A DNA stretch of 64,000 nucleotides from Chitinophagaceae bacterium (GTDB lineage Bacteria; Bacteroidota; Bacteroidia; Chitinophagales; Chitinophagaceae): contig CANFHA010000009.1 of the NCBI GenBank assembly GCA_947446645.1, positions 73,179 through 137,178 on the forward strand. Reading direction: 5' to 3'. Below, in pieces: positions 38,849 through 47,004 of the stretch; positions within the stretch are counted from its first letter, which is position 1; every line of letters starts with the position of its first letter. The notes under the pieces are model-generated. The model was not told where the DNA came from, did no database searches, and worked only from the letters and a program-made list of their open reading frames with translations. Position numbers and translations under genes: made by a program.

Positions 38849-39484
38849 ATGAAAAAGACAACCTCAATTTTATTCGCCGCTATGATGCTGGTAACAGCCC
38901 TGGGCACACAAACAATTGCTACTGCTAAAAAAATACCGGTAAAGGCAGCCGCCGCCGCGGCAAAATGGACATCAGATCCTGCCCATTCTTCCATCAAGTT
39001 TACCGTGCCCCACCTTATGGTATCAGAAGTAGAAGGACGTTTCAAGTCGTTTGAAGGCAGTATGGAAGCATCCGCCCCCGATTTCTCAGATGCTAAGATC
39101 AGCTACACGGTAGATGTGCCATCGTTAACTACAGATAACGATATGCGCGATAAGCACCTGAAAAGCGATGACTTCTTCAATGCGGAAAAGTTCCCTAAAA
39201 TGACGTTCAATGGTGCATCCCTGAAAAAGCAGAAGGGTAATAACTATGAGCTCACAGGTGATCTTACTATCCGCGACGTAACTAAAAAGGTAAAATTCGC
39301 AGTTACCTACGGCGGCACCGTTGTAGATCCTTATGGCAACACAAAGGCAGGATTTAAAGCCACTGCTAAGATCAGCCGCAAAGAATACAAACTGCTGTGG
39401 AATACACTTACAGAAGCAGGTGGCGCAGTAGTAGGCGATGAAGTAACAATAATACTGAACCTCGAGTTCGCAAAACAAAAGTAA
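38849..39484 (+). CDS. YceI family protein
   Basis: DPAHSSIKF, RDKHLKSDDFF, GDLTIRDVTK, DPYG; start at MKKTTS. Confidence 0.93.
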   Translation: MKKTTSILFAAMMLVTALGTQTIATAKKIPVKAAAAAAKWTSDPAHSSIKFTVPHLMVSEVEGRFKSFEGSMEASAPDFSDAKISYTVDVPSLTTDNDMRDKHLKSDDFFNAEKFPKMTFNGASLKKQKGNNYELTGDLTIRDVTKKVKFAVTYGGTVVDPYGNTKAGFKATAKISRKEYKLLWNTLTEAGGAVVGDEVTIILNLEFAKQK

Positions 39485-39518
39485 TAGGTGAATATAGGAT
39501 CGATAGAATGGTTTAATT

Positions 39519-39546
39519 GGCCCCGGCATCTCCGGGGCCTTTTTTT
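39519..39546 (+). terminator. intrinsic terminator
   Basis: ggccccgg-catct-ccggggcc followed by a T run. Confidence 0.9.
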
Positions 39547-39550
39547 GCGC

Positions 39551-39583
39551 AGGTGTGGCACACCTTCACGATGTGCCACACCT
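39551..39583. repeat. perfect 12-bp inverted repeat
   Basis: aggtgtggcaca-9nt-tgtgccacacct. Confidence 0.8.
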
Positions 39584-39694
39584 ATGCTCGAGACATTTGC
39601 GGCCTTAAAAACATAACTGGGAAACTGCGACTCCACGCCTCCGAGAGACCTTTGGGCGTAAGATTTAGATATTATCTTGATATACCTTTACACG

Positions 39695-39982
39695 ATGGAA
39701 GTAATAAATAACAAAAAGGAATTTCGTTTTGAGACACCTATGCCCGATGGTGAGTTCGCCCGCCTGGATTACCGCTGGCTAAAGGGTAGCCTGGTAATTA
39801 TGCACACGATAGTGCCGGAATCCGGCAGGGGAAAGGGCATTGGTGCAACCTTAGTAAAATATGTGCTGGAATATGCACGCGCAAACAACCTGAAAGTGAT
39901 CATATACTGTTCGTTTGCGGTAAAGTACGCTAAAGAGCACCCGGAATATAATGATGTGCTGCTGGCAACCCTCAAGGATTAG
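39695..39982 (+). CDS. small GNAT acetyltransferase (YjdJ-like)
   Basis: HTIVP..GRGKGIG..LV, CSF..KY. Confidence 0.88.
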   Translation: MEVINNKKEFRFETPMPDGEFARLDYRWLKGSLVIMHTIVPESGRGKGIGATLVKYVLEYARANNLKVIIYCSFAVKYAKEHPEYNDVLLATLKD

Positions 39983-40241
39983 GGCGGCGTTCATTTTCAG
40001 CCCTTTCCTCCCGCCGCGCAAGCAGGTATAGCAGGAAGGAGATCATCCGCAGCACCAGGAAAGTGATCAGCACCAGCCACAGGTATATCTCCGCCGCATC
40101 CTCGCTCACCATTTCCATACCCTTCACATACGTTATCCTCCACAGCAATACAACGCTGATGATCACCGAAAATATAGCGCAATTGATCAGTATCCGTGGA
40201 CTGAAAAATTCCCTGAGAAGACTCATACTATAAAAGTACAC
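39972..40241 (-). CDS. hypothetical small membrane protein
   Basis: 89 aa, two hydrophobic helices. Confidence 0.6.
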   Translation of the reverse strand: MYFYSMSLLREFFSPRILINCAIFSVIISVVLLWRITYVKGMEMVSEDAAEIYLWLVLITFLVLRMISFLLYLLARREERAENERRPNP

Positions 40242-40310
40242 AGGTTTTTATTTAAACCAAACACAGTTCCACTAATCACATTGAGGGCTAAATTTAGGGC
40301 CGCGTAACAC

Positions 40311-40378
40311 ACTCCCTACTTTTTTCAAGCAGGGGATGCCGGACAAACGGCGAAGCCGGTTTATCGGCTGGGGTGGTT
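40311..40378. repeat. REP-like double-hairpin element
   Basis: ccctact..agcaggg hairpin, then gccggacaaacggc-gaa-gccggtttatcggc, then tggggtgg. Confidence 0.5.
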
Positions 40379-40432
40379 CATATCGCGCTTATCACATCGC
40401 TCATGTAAAATATTGCTAGACTATTTAACCAA

Positions 40433-41254
40433 TCAACCTTTCAACTTCCCCCCATCCATCATCCGCTTCATCTCCATCACATCCATTTCCAGGTCGGCCA
40501 GGCGGTGGTATACTTCTGCAGGCTCGCTGAAGTCGCTGCTTATTTTCATGCGGCCGTACCATACTTCTTTTATGTCCTCCGGCTCTATCTCCAGCGTAGG
40601 GAACTCATGCCTGTGAGCAATTGTGTCAGATTTCAGATATAGCTTGCCACGCTCCTTCAGGCGGTTCACCACCCGCTTCACAGCTACGCCGCCCGTGTGC
40701 ACCACTACATATACCCGGTTGTCGCGTATTTTGTCCAGTTCGTCTATCCATTCACCTATTATCCGGTCGCCGTGCAGCACGTTTGGCGCCATAGATGGTC
40801 CGTCTACTTCAAACATCCTGTACGTAGCATTATTCAGACCCGGCAGGCGAAAGGTGGGCAGCGACTCCATAAACTCCACATCGCCGTAGCCATTCAGGTA
40901 GCCCGCCCTGGCTTTCACAGGCACATATATTATGTTGTCGTTCCCGCTGTTGTCTACCGTTATTATTTTGGGTATACTGCTATATCCTATTAGTGGCTTC
41001 TGGCCAAATGCACCACGCAGCATCATATCCTTTTCACCGCTCCTTATAAATTCCTCCATGTTTTTTGACAAGAGTTCATCCAGCGTTATTCCAAAATAAT
41101 TGGAAAATGTGAGTAGCGTATCCACATTTGGTTCGCTTATTCCAGACTCATAATTAGCTATGGTCGTGCGCCCAATATTCACCTCTGAGCTAAGCGCATC
41201 CTGCGTTTTGCCCATTTTTTTCCGAAGAAATTTAAGATTGCTTGCTAAGTACAT
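40433..41254 (-). CDS. CI-like XRE repressor with S24 peptidase domain
   Basis: N-terminal HTH (NLKFLRK..TQ..IANYESG.SEP); FEVDGPSMAP (Ser) and VAVKRV (Lys) dyad. Confidence 0.93.
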   Translation of the reverse strand: MYLASNLKFLRKKMGKTQDALSSEVNIGRTTIANYESGISEPNVDTLLTFSNYFGITLDELLSKNMEEFIRSGEKDMMLRGAFGQKPLIGYSSIPKIITVDNSGNDNIIYVPVKARAGYLNGYGDVEFMESLPTFRLPGLNNATYRMFEVDGPSMAPNVLHGDRIIGEWIDELDKIRDNRVYVVVHTGGVAVKRVVNRLKERGKLYLKSDTIAHRHEFPTLEIEPEDIKEVWYGRMKISSDFSEPAEVYHRLADLEMDVMEMKRMMDGGKLKG

Positions 41255-41258
41255 GTCA

Positions 41259-41318
41259 CAAAAGTAAGATTATTTTTCCACAAAATTTGGATTTGTCAAA
41301 ATATTTGGAATATCTTTG
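41259..41318. promoter_or_regulatory. divergent Bacteroidota sigma-A promoters
   Basis: TACTTTTG on minus strand (41266-41259); TATCTTTG on plus strand (41311-41318) with TTTG at 41286, 21 nt upstream. Confidence 0.65.
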
Positions 41319-41400
41319 TGTCGGATTTGATGCTTATGTATCAAAAATACAAAAGAATAATAGCGAATGCCAAATAAATTGTAAAAACGACAGCCCCTTT

Positions 41401-41535
41401 TAAACCGATCATGAAAACTATTGCTATGAATCACTTATCAACCGCTTAACCGACCAACTAAACACAGTCCCTCTAAACCAACCATGAAAACACTTACTAA
41501 TGCCTTATCAACCCATTAACCGTTCAACTAACACA
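41401..41535 (+). repeat. two imperfect tandem copies, each carrying a micro-ORF
   Basis: 41411..41449 MKTIAMNHLSTA*; 41484..41519 MKTLTNALSTH*; 73-bp period. Confidence 0.75.
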
Positions 41536-41567
41536 TCACTATTGATAAACGCTAAAACCGGAAGCAA

Positions 41568-42428
41568 ATGACAAACGAAAAGAAAACACAAGTAAGAGAA
41601 GCCCTCATCCGCTACGTGGGCAATTTCAGTAGCCAGGCAATCGCTGCAGAAAGCCTGCAGGGCATCAGCTCATCTACCATCTCCCAGGTAAAAAATAATA
41701 ATTGGGAGTTGCTCAGCGATCACCTCTGGCACACCATCGCGCGCCAGGTTGGCTTTTACAGCGGTGACTATAACTATAGCGGTCAGCCTGCCGATACCAG
41801 CGCGTACCTGCTGTTGCGCATACTTTTTGGCGATGCCCAGCACTATGCCATGACCTACGGCATAGCCATTGGCACCGGACTTGGCAAAACATTTACCGCT
41901 AGCCAATACAGCAGGGAGAATGAAAATACTTTTTACATAGCCGGCCACGATCAGTATAATCGTAAGTCATTTATGATAGCGCTGATGCAGGCCACCGGAC
42001 TGGAGGCAAAAGGCAGCGTACCGCAAATGATGGAGCAGTTCACGAACCACGTTATTTCACTCGATGAGCCACTGCTTCTGCTCGATGATGCACACAAGCT
42101 CAAAGACCGCGTATTGCACATGGTAGTGCTGCTGGCCAATTCGCTGGCCGGCAAGGCAGGTATCATCGTCATGGGTAGCGGCGATCTGCGCATGCGTGTC
42201 ATAGATGGCGTGCGCCTCAAAAAAGTTGGCTTCGATGAAATATATAAAAGCATTGGCCGCCGCTTCATTACCCTCAGCAGCCTTGGCCCGCGCGATGTAG
42301 ACCTGGTGTGCCACGCGAATGGCATCTATGATGAAGACCTTATAAACCACATAGCCGGTGCATGCGACAATAACCTGCACACTGCCATACAGCTTATCCA
42401 CCAGTCACAAATAAGCCAGGCGGCTTAA
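41568..42428 (+). CDS. MuB-like AAA ATPase with N-terminal HTH
   Basis: ISSSTISQV HTH-like segment; IGTGLGKT; LLLLDDAHKL; GFDEIYKSIGRRF as in Bacteroidota Mu-like B proteins. Confidence 0.85.
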   Translation: MTNEKKTQVREALIRYVGNFSSQAIAAESLQGISSSTISQVKNNNWELLSDHLWHTIARQVGFYSGDYNYSGQPADTSAYLLLRILFGDAQHYAMTYGIAIGTGLGKTFTASQYSRENENTFYIAGHDQYNRKSFMIALMQATGLEAKGSVPQMMEQFTNHVISLDEPLLLLDDAHKLKDRVLHMVVLLANSLAGKAGIIVMGSGDLRMRVIDGVRLKKVGFDEIYKSIGRRFITLSSLGPRDVDLVCHANGIYDEDLINHIAGACDNNLHTAIQLIHQSQISQAA

Positions 42429-42436
42429 AAAGGAAT

Positions 42437-42466
42437 TGTCATTCTGAGCACCGCCGAAGGATGACA
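42437..42466. repeat. short REP-like hairpin (GTCATTCTGAG...GGATGAC)
   Basis: tgtcattc...ggatgaca inverted ends. Confidence 0.45.
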
Positions 42467-42536
42467 TGCGGAAGATGGCATTTAGCCAAACAGCACTTTA
42501 AGGCGGATCATTAAAGAAAAAAACAAACTGATACAT

Positions 42537-42971
42537 ATGTACTACGCAGCAGCACAACAAATAACCGCAGCACGGCATATAGCCCGCACTGCCCAGCGGC
42601 AGATAAAAGAAAAGACCGGCATGAGGGTGAGCATGATGCTCTATTCGCCGGAGGTGGGTTCCAAAACACCGGAGGAAATGCTCCACGTCATAGCACTGGC
42701 GCTGGGCATGCACCCCGATTGCTACCGAATGAAAACAAAAGCGCGCCACATTGTGGAGCTGCGCTTTGTGGCCGCAGTACTGCTTCGCCGCAATTATCCT
42801 ACTATGACACTGCACCAGATCGCCACACTTTTTGGCGGGCAGGATCACTCATCTATCATTAGCGGGCTGGCCCGGGCAAACGATCTTATATACACCGGCG
42901 ACCCGCGCTTTGTAATGAAATACAACAACGCTCTAAAATCTGTAGACCTATGGCTAAAATGCGAGGCATAA
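42537..42971 (+). CDS. DnaA domain IV (Bac_DnaA_C)-like DNA-binding protein
   Basis: TLHQIATLFGGQDHSSII resembles DnaA SLPEIG..FGGRDHTTV. Confidence 0.85.
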   Translation: MYYAAAQQITAARHIARTAQRQIKEKTGMRVSMMLYSPEVGSKTPEEMLHVIALALGMHPDCYRMKTKARHIVELRFVAAVLLRRNYPTMTLHQIATLFGGQDHSSIISGLARANDLIYTGDPRFVMKYNNALKSVDLWLKCEA

Positions 42972-43267
42972 GAGTGCGCATAAGCCACCAGCGCGTAGCC
43001 GCCCTGCAGGAGGTGTGCGAGGAAATGATGGAAGACTTTAGTCCGCAAAACGATCACCAGTTGCTGCTTGGCGAGTACCTGCAGGAGCTGCACGGCAAGC
43101 TGAAAGAAATGGCCGGCCGCAACCAGGAAATGTATACGCTGATACTCGTAGGCTCTGAAGCCACCGCTTTCTACCAGCTCTGGAAAATGCTGGATATAAG
43201 CCGCGATAAATACGCCGTACTCATCGTAGACAACCTCCTCGAAAAAATGAGTGCTCTGGCAGCGTAG
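42959..43267 (+). CDS. hypothetical protein
   Basis: About 102 aa, overlaps the upstream stop (coupled). Confidence 0.75.
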   Translation: MRGIRVRISHQRVAALQEVCEEMMEDFSPQNDHQLLLGEYLQELHGKLKEMAGRNQEMYTLILVGSEATAFYQLWKMLDISRDKYAVLIVDNLLEKMSALAA

Positions 43268-43515
43268 AGAACGTTCATATTGAAGATCTTTCGGTAGATA
43301 GAGGAACTGAAGTTGAGCAGATGATGGCGCCTTTTTTGCCGTAGATGCTGATTCTTTGCTAGTAAAAGGCTGTAAGCTGAGCCATGGAATGAAGCTACTG
43401 AATTGCAATGGTAGGCAAAAAATTCAGCGCCATGCAACTGAGTAGAGAACTGCGTCAACAGCGTAGAGCCCTTTTTTTCCGGCGGAGCCTTTGAAAAAAA
43501 TCGCCTTTCTTTTTG

Positions 43516-43549
43516 TTACTTTTTCTTTGTCGAAGCAAAGAAAAAGTAA
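43516..43549. repeat. perfect 14-bp hairpin, REP-like
   Basis: ttactttttctttg-tcgaag-caaagaaaaagtaa. Confidence 0.75.
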
Positions 43550-43647
43550 GGTAACACTGATCACAAATCCCAGTGGCACGAAATTATATTATCGTTATCA
43601 AATACCAATAGTAAAATTCGTGCTGCGGAGGTTGAAAAACTTTAACT

Positions 43648-44160
43648 ATGAAAACAAGAAACGCAACAAAACCTGTTACTGAGATCACCGCAGCTGGCTT
43701 TGAAGAAGCCATGCAGCGGTATGCAGCAGCTGAGCAGCGCGAAGCAGAAATAAATAAGGCTATTGAGCTTGAAGTGAACGAGTTACTTGAAAGATACAAC
43801 GATGAGCTCATGTGTCTTTCTCAAACCAAAACAATAGCTTTCAGCCTGGTGCAGGCCTATTGCCTGGCAAACAAAGAAGTTCTTTTCGACAAACGCAGGA
43901 GCATAGGTACGCTTCATGGTGTTGCCGGTTTCAGGCTGGGTACACCCCGGCTTAAGACAGTAAAGGGAACTAATTGGGAAAAAGTGCTCAACGGGTTGAG
44001 GATAAAACTGCCCGCCTATGTACGTGTATCAGAAGAACCAGCAAAAGACCTGTTGTTGGCAGACCGCCACAAAGAAAATGTGGCATCGTTGTTGCACGAA
44101 ATTGGGGTGCAGGTAGTGCAGGATGAGTTATTCTATATTGAATCAAAAAGAGCAGCATAA
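43648..44160 (+). CDS. gam: Mu Gam-like host-nuclease inhibitor (DNA end-binding)
   Basis: N-terminal coiled coil; HGVAGFRLGTPRLK; YVRVSEEPAKDLLLADR; GVQVVQDELFYIE. Confidence 0.88.
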   Translation: MKTRNATKPVTEITAAGFEEAMQRYAAAEQREAEINKAIELEVNELLERYNDELMCLSQTKTIAFSLVQAYCLANKEVLFDKRRSIGTLHGVAGFRLGTPRLKTVKGTNWEKVLNGLRIKLPAYVRVSEEPAKDLLLADRHKENVASLLHEIGVQVVQDELFYIESKRAA

Positions 44161-44311
44161 AAATCGTAGCTTACAAAAGAAATGAGTTTGGTGTTAAACG
44201 GGTACCGTAGCTAAGATTTCGCAGGCAGATGAGAAGATCCTGGTGTTAAACAATATAAAAGCTGATGGCAAAATCCATCAGGCAATTGAAAAACGATCAA
44301 ATAAGACTCAG

Positions 44312-44443
44312 ATGAAAACGAGAAGACAAAAAAAGCACGACATGCTGATAACATTCATGGCAAACGTGAAAAGGGAGAAAAAGCTCAAGGAAGCACCTGC
44401 AAGGCCTAAGCTCCTTAGAACATTCCTTTCTTTTTTCCTTTAA
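44312..44443 (+). CDS. small cationic hypothetical peptide (43 aa)
   Basis: MKTRRQKKHDMLITFMANVKREKKLKEAPARPKLLRTFLSFFL; ATG in AT-rich context. Confidence 0.5.
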   Translation: MKTRRQKKHDMLITFMANVKREKKLKEAPARPKLLRTFLSFFL

Positions 44444-44665
44444 TAAGGATAAAACAGCCACGTTATAGCATCAGCTGATTTTACACTTATACCTTGCCCG
44501 GCAAGTCTTGCCCAGGCAATAAATACATACTCAATTTAAGGGTTGCCGTTAGCACACATTGGTCTGCTCCATTTCTTTTAAAGGGGATAGGTAACGAGCT
44601 CCATTGGCATGATTCTTTAAATCCAATAATAGAGATTATTTCATTACCACCTAACACGATATTTT

Positions 44666-44956
44666 ATGAATAGGACAGCATATATAGCTGGCAAGATATC
44701 AGGCTTGCCGAAACGCGATGTAGAGATCAAATTCGATATGGTTGCAAAGGAATTGTCAGCTATGGGCTACCATGTGGTAAGACCCGTTGCTGTAAGTGAT
44801 GACTCAAAAACCTGGGACGACGCAGTACGCAGCGATATCAAACAAATGCTTGAATGCGACGAAGTACACATGCTACCAGATTGGCAGGACAGCCGCGGCG
44901 CACAATTAGAGCGCGATATAGCCCTTCGCCTCGGTATGGAAGTAGTTTATCACTAA
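44666..44956 (+). CDS. DUF4406 domain protein
   Basis: YIAGKISG, W...R.DIK.MLECD..HML.DW.DSRGA.LE..IA..LG. Confidence 0.9.
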   Translation: MNRTAYIAGKISGLPKRDVEIKFDMVAKELSAMGYHVVRPVAVSDDSKTWDDAVRSDIKQMLECDEVHMLPDWQDSRGAQLERDIALRLGMEVVYH

Positions 44957-44982
44957 CATATTTTCTAAACATCTTTAGTTGG

Positions 44983-45020
44983 AACGGTGTACATGGATCT
45001 TCATGTGCATCGTTTCTTAT
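44983..45020 (+). terminator. intrinsic terminator closing the cassette
   Basis: aacggtgtacatg-gatctt-catgtgcatcgtt followed by tcttat(tt). Confidence 0.75.
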
Positions 45021-45244
45021 TTAATAGATATTTCGCAGGTTTACTGGCCGATATAGTATTTGATTTACTCGAAAACGCAATCCATTTAGAAACGTAATAT
45101 TTTTAATCTCCGGATAATACGAAATGGACTTTAAAAATCTGCTTTGTGATTAGCGTCAGTACGGCTTCCAGCCGTCAGACGCGTTAGAGAGAAATCGCAC
45201 CTATTTTAAATGTCCACGTGGTATAACACCGGGCAATGAACCCC

Positions 45245-45510
45245 ATTTCCGCTACCGGAAAAAACCGGAAATTTCCGAGAACTAAGAGCTTGATTTTCAA
45301 CTATAATGTGTGCAAAATACATTTTCCGAACGACCGGAAATTAGAGAAAAAAGGCAAAAAAATCTGCCCTACGTACGTACCCATCCAAACCCGAATTAAC
45401 CAATTTCCGCTACATGAAAAAACCGGAAATTTTTTGCAGGAAAGTAATTGATTATCAATAACAACCTGCGCAAAAATGATTTTTGTGCCAACCGGAAAAA
45501 TCCCGGAAAT
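45245..45510. repeat. iterated CCGGAAA / TTTCCG array
   Basis: CCGGAAA at 45255, 45265, 45334, 45423, 45492, 45503; TTTCCG at 45246, 45272, 45323, 45404. Confidence 0.8.
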
Positions 45511-45566
45511 TCTTAGTCCACAGACAATTTGCAGTACCTTAGTATCCTTAGTAGCGCTCAGTTATA

Positions 45567-46955
45567 ATGAAACATTTCCCGGTATTATTCCTCATGTTAT
45601 TTTCCCTCACGGCCTTCTCACAAACCGATACTGCAAAGTGGCAGCCGCCCGCTCCCGCACACTATGCATTTATCAACTACGGCGAGAATGTGATACAGCA
45701 GCGCAGCAAGCTGGACAGTGTCTTCAAAAAGCTGGTGCAGCTTCATGCCACCCGCAAGGGCGTTGTGCGCATCATTCACATCGGCGATTCGCACCTGCAG
45801 GCCGATGGTATTACCAGTGTGCTCCGCAATGGCTTTCATGACTTTTTTGGCGATGCCGGCCGCGGGCTCGTGTTTCCCTACCAGCTAGCCAATACCAATG
45901 GTCCTAAAGACATACACGCTACCTCTAACGCTACGTGGAAAGCCAACCGGATCACTAATTCAGAATCGCCTATAAAGACAGGTATAATGGGCTATGGTAT
46001 GATCTGTGGACAGAAAAATCCTTCGGTATGTATCTACCTTAAAGACGAGAACGGCGTACCGGGCTACTTTAATAGAATGCAGATTTTTGTGGGCAAGGAA
46101 AGTGCTGACTACCTGCTTACCGATAGCGCACTCGCAAAGCAGGTGCCGCTATCCACAAAGGATGGAGAAAATAGCCCCTCGCTCGTTTACGAGAGTGACT
46201 CACTGCTCACCGGCCTGCAGCTTACCCGCAAGACCGCCGGCGACTATTCTTTCTATGGCGTTTCTCTTGAGCGCAAAGACACCAGCGGGGTCATATACCA
46301 CACCATTGGTGCCAACGGTGCCCGCTACGACCAGTATGGCGAGAGCGAGCTTTTCTGGCAACAGCTCAAAGCCCTGCACGGCGATCTTTTCATCCTTTCC
46401 ATGGGCACAAATGAGGCCCAGAACCAGGAGCTTACCGAGCAGGCTATGGCAGCACTATGTGACTCTATGGTCAGGAAAATACACGATATCGCTCCGGGTG
46501 CGGCAGTGTTGATAACAACACCCGCCGGTTCCTACTACAAGCAAAAGCACCCCAATGCAGTCTTGCAAAAGGTGACCAATGGCCTCATACACTCCGCCGA
46601 TAAGAATGGTGCTGCATATTGGGATCTCTACCACCTGAGCGGCGGCAAGAAGAGCGCTGCGCTTTGGAAAAAAAGCGGCCTGCTGGGCCACGACCTTGTA
46701 CATTATGATCCCAAAGGCTACCACCTGCAGGGCCAGCTGCTGCTTAGCGCCCTGGCCAAAGCCTACGATAGTTACGCAAAGGTGCACCCCTATCATCCCG
46801 TCCCCACTACCCCTATTAAGAAATCAACCAAACCAAAAGCAAAAACAGAGAATAAGCCCGTGGGCACCACACCCACCCCTTCCTCACCAAAGGCAGACAC
46901 CATCGTCATCCCCAGGGATCATAAGACTAACATAAAAGTGAAATACGAGAAATGA
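45567..46955 (+). CDS. SGNH/GDSL hydrolase-fold protein (PatB/Ape-like)
   Basis: HIGDSH, GANGA, MGTNE, DLVH; signal peptide; K/P/T-rich tail. Confidence 0.88.
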   Translation: MKHFPVLFLMLFSLTAFSQTDTAKWQPPAPAHYAFINYGENVIQQRSKLDSVFKKLVQLHATRKGVVRIIHIGDSHLQADGITSVLRNGFHDFFGDAGRGLVFPYQLANTNGPKDIHATSNATWKANRITNSESPIKTGIMGYGMICGQKNPSVCIYLKDENGVPGYFNRMQIFVGKESADYLLTDSALAKQVPLSTKDGENSPSLVYESDSLLTGLQLTRKTAGDYSFYGVSLERKDTSGVIYHTIGANGARYDQYGESELFWQQLKALHGDLFILSMGTNEAQNQELTEQAMAALCDSMVRKIHDIAPGAAVLITTPAGSYYKQKHPNAVLQKVTNGLIHSADKNGAAYWDLYHLSGGKKSAALWKKSGLLGHDLVHYDPKGYHLQGQLLLSALAKAYDSYAKVHPYHPVPTTPIKKSTKPKAKTENKPVGTTPTPSSPKADTIVIPRDHKTNIKVKYEK

Positions 46956-47004
46956 TTTGATTCAGTTGCTGCCAATCCATATGCTGAAAAATTCTTAAAT
47001 TTGA

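Larger units (their letters stand above)
40433..45020. mobile_element. Mu-like (transposable phage) derived early-gene cassette lacking transposase and structural genes
   Basis: Divergent CI-like repressor, then MuB-like ATPase, DnaA_C, Gam, DUF4406; no DDE ORF present. Confidence 0.7.

Noticed and set aside
40433-45020. Complete inducible prophage
   Set aside because: No transposase, integrase, terminase, capsid, tail or lysis gene, and no att duplication seen
45236-45451. 71-aa ORF over the CCGGAAA array
   Set aside because: No recognisable domain; probably a by-product of the repeats, kept only as an alternative explanation
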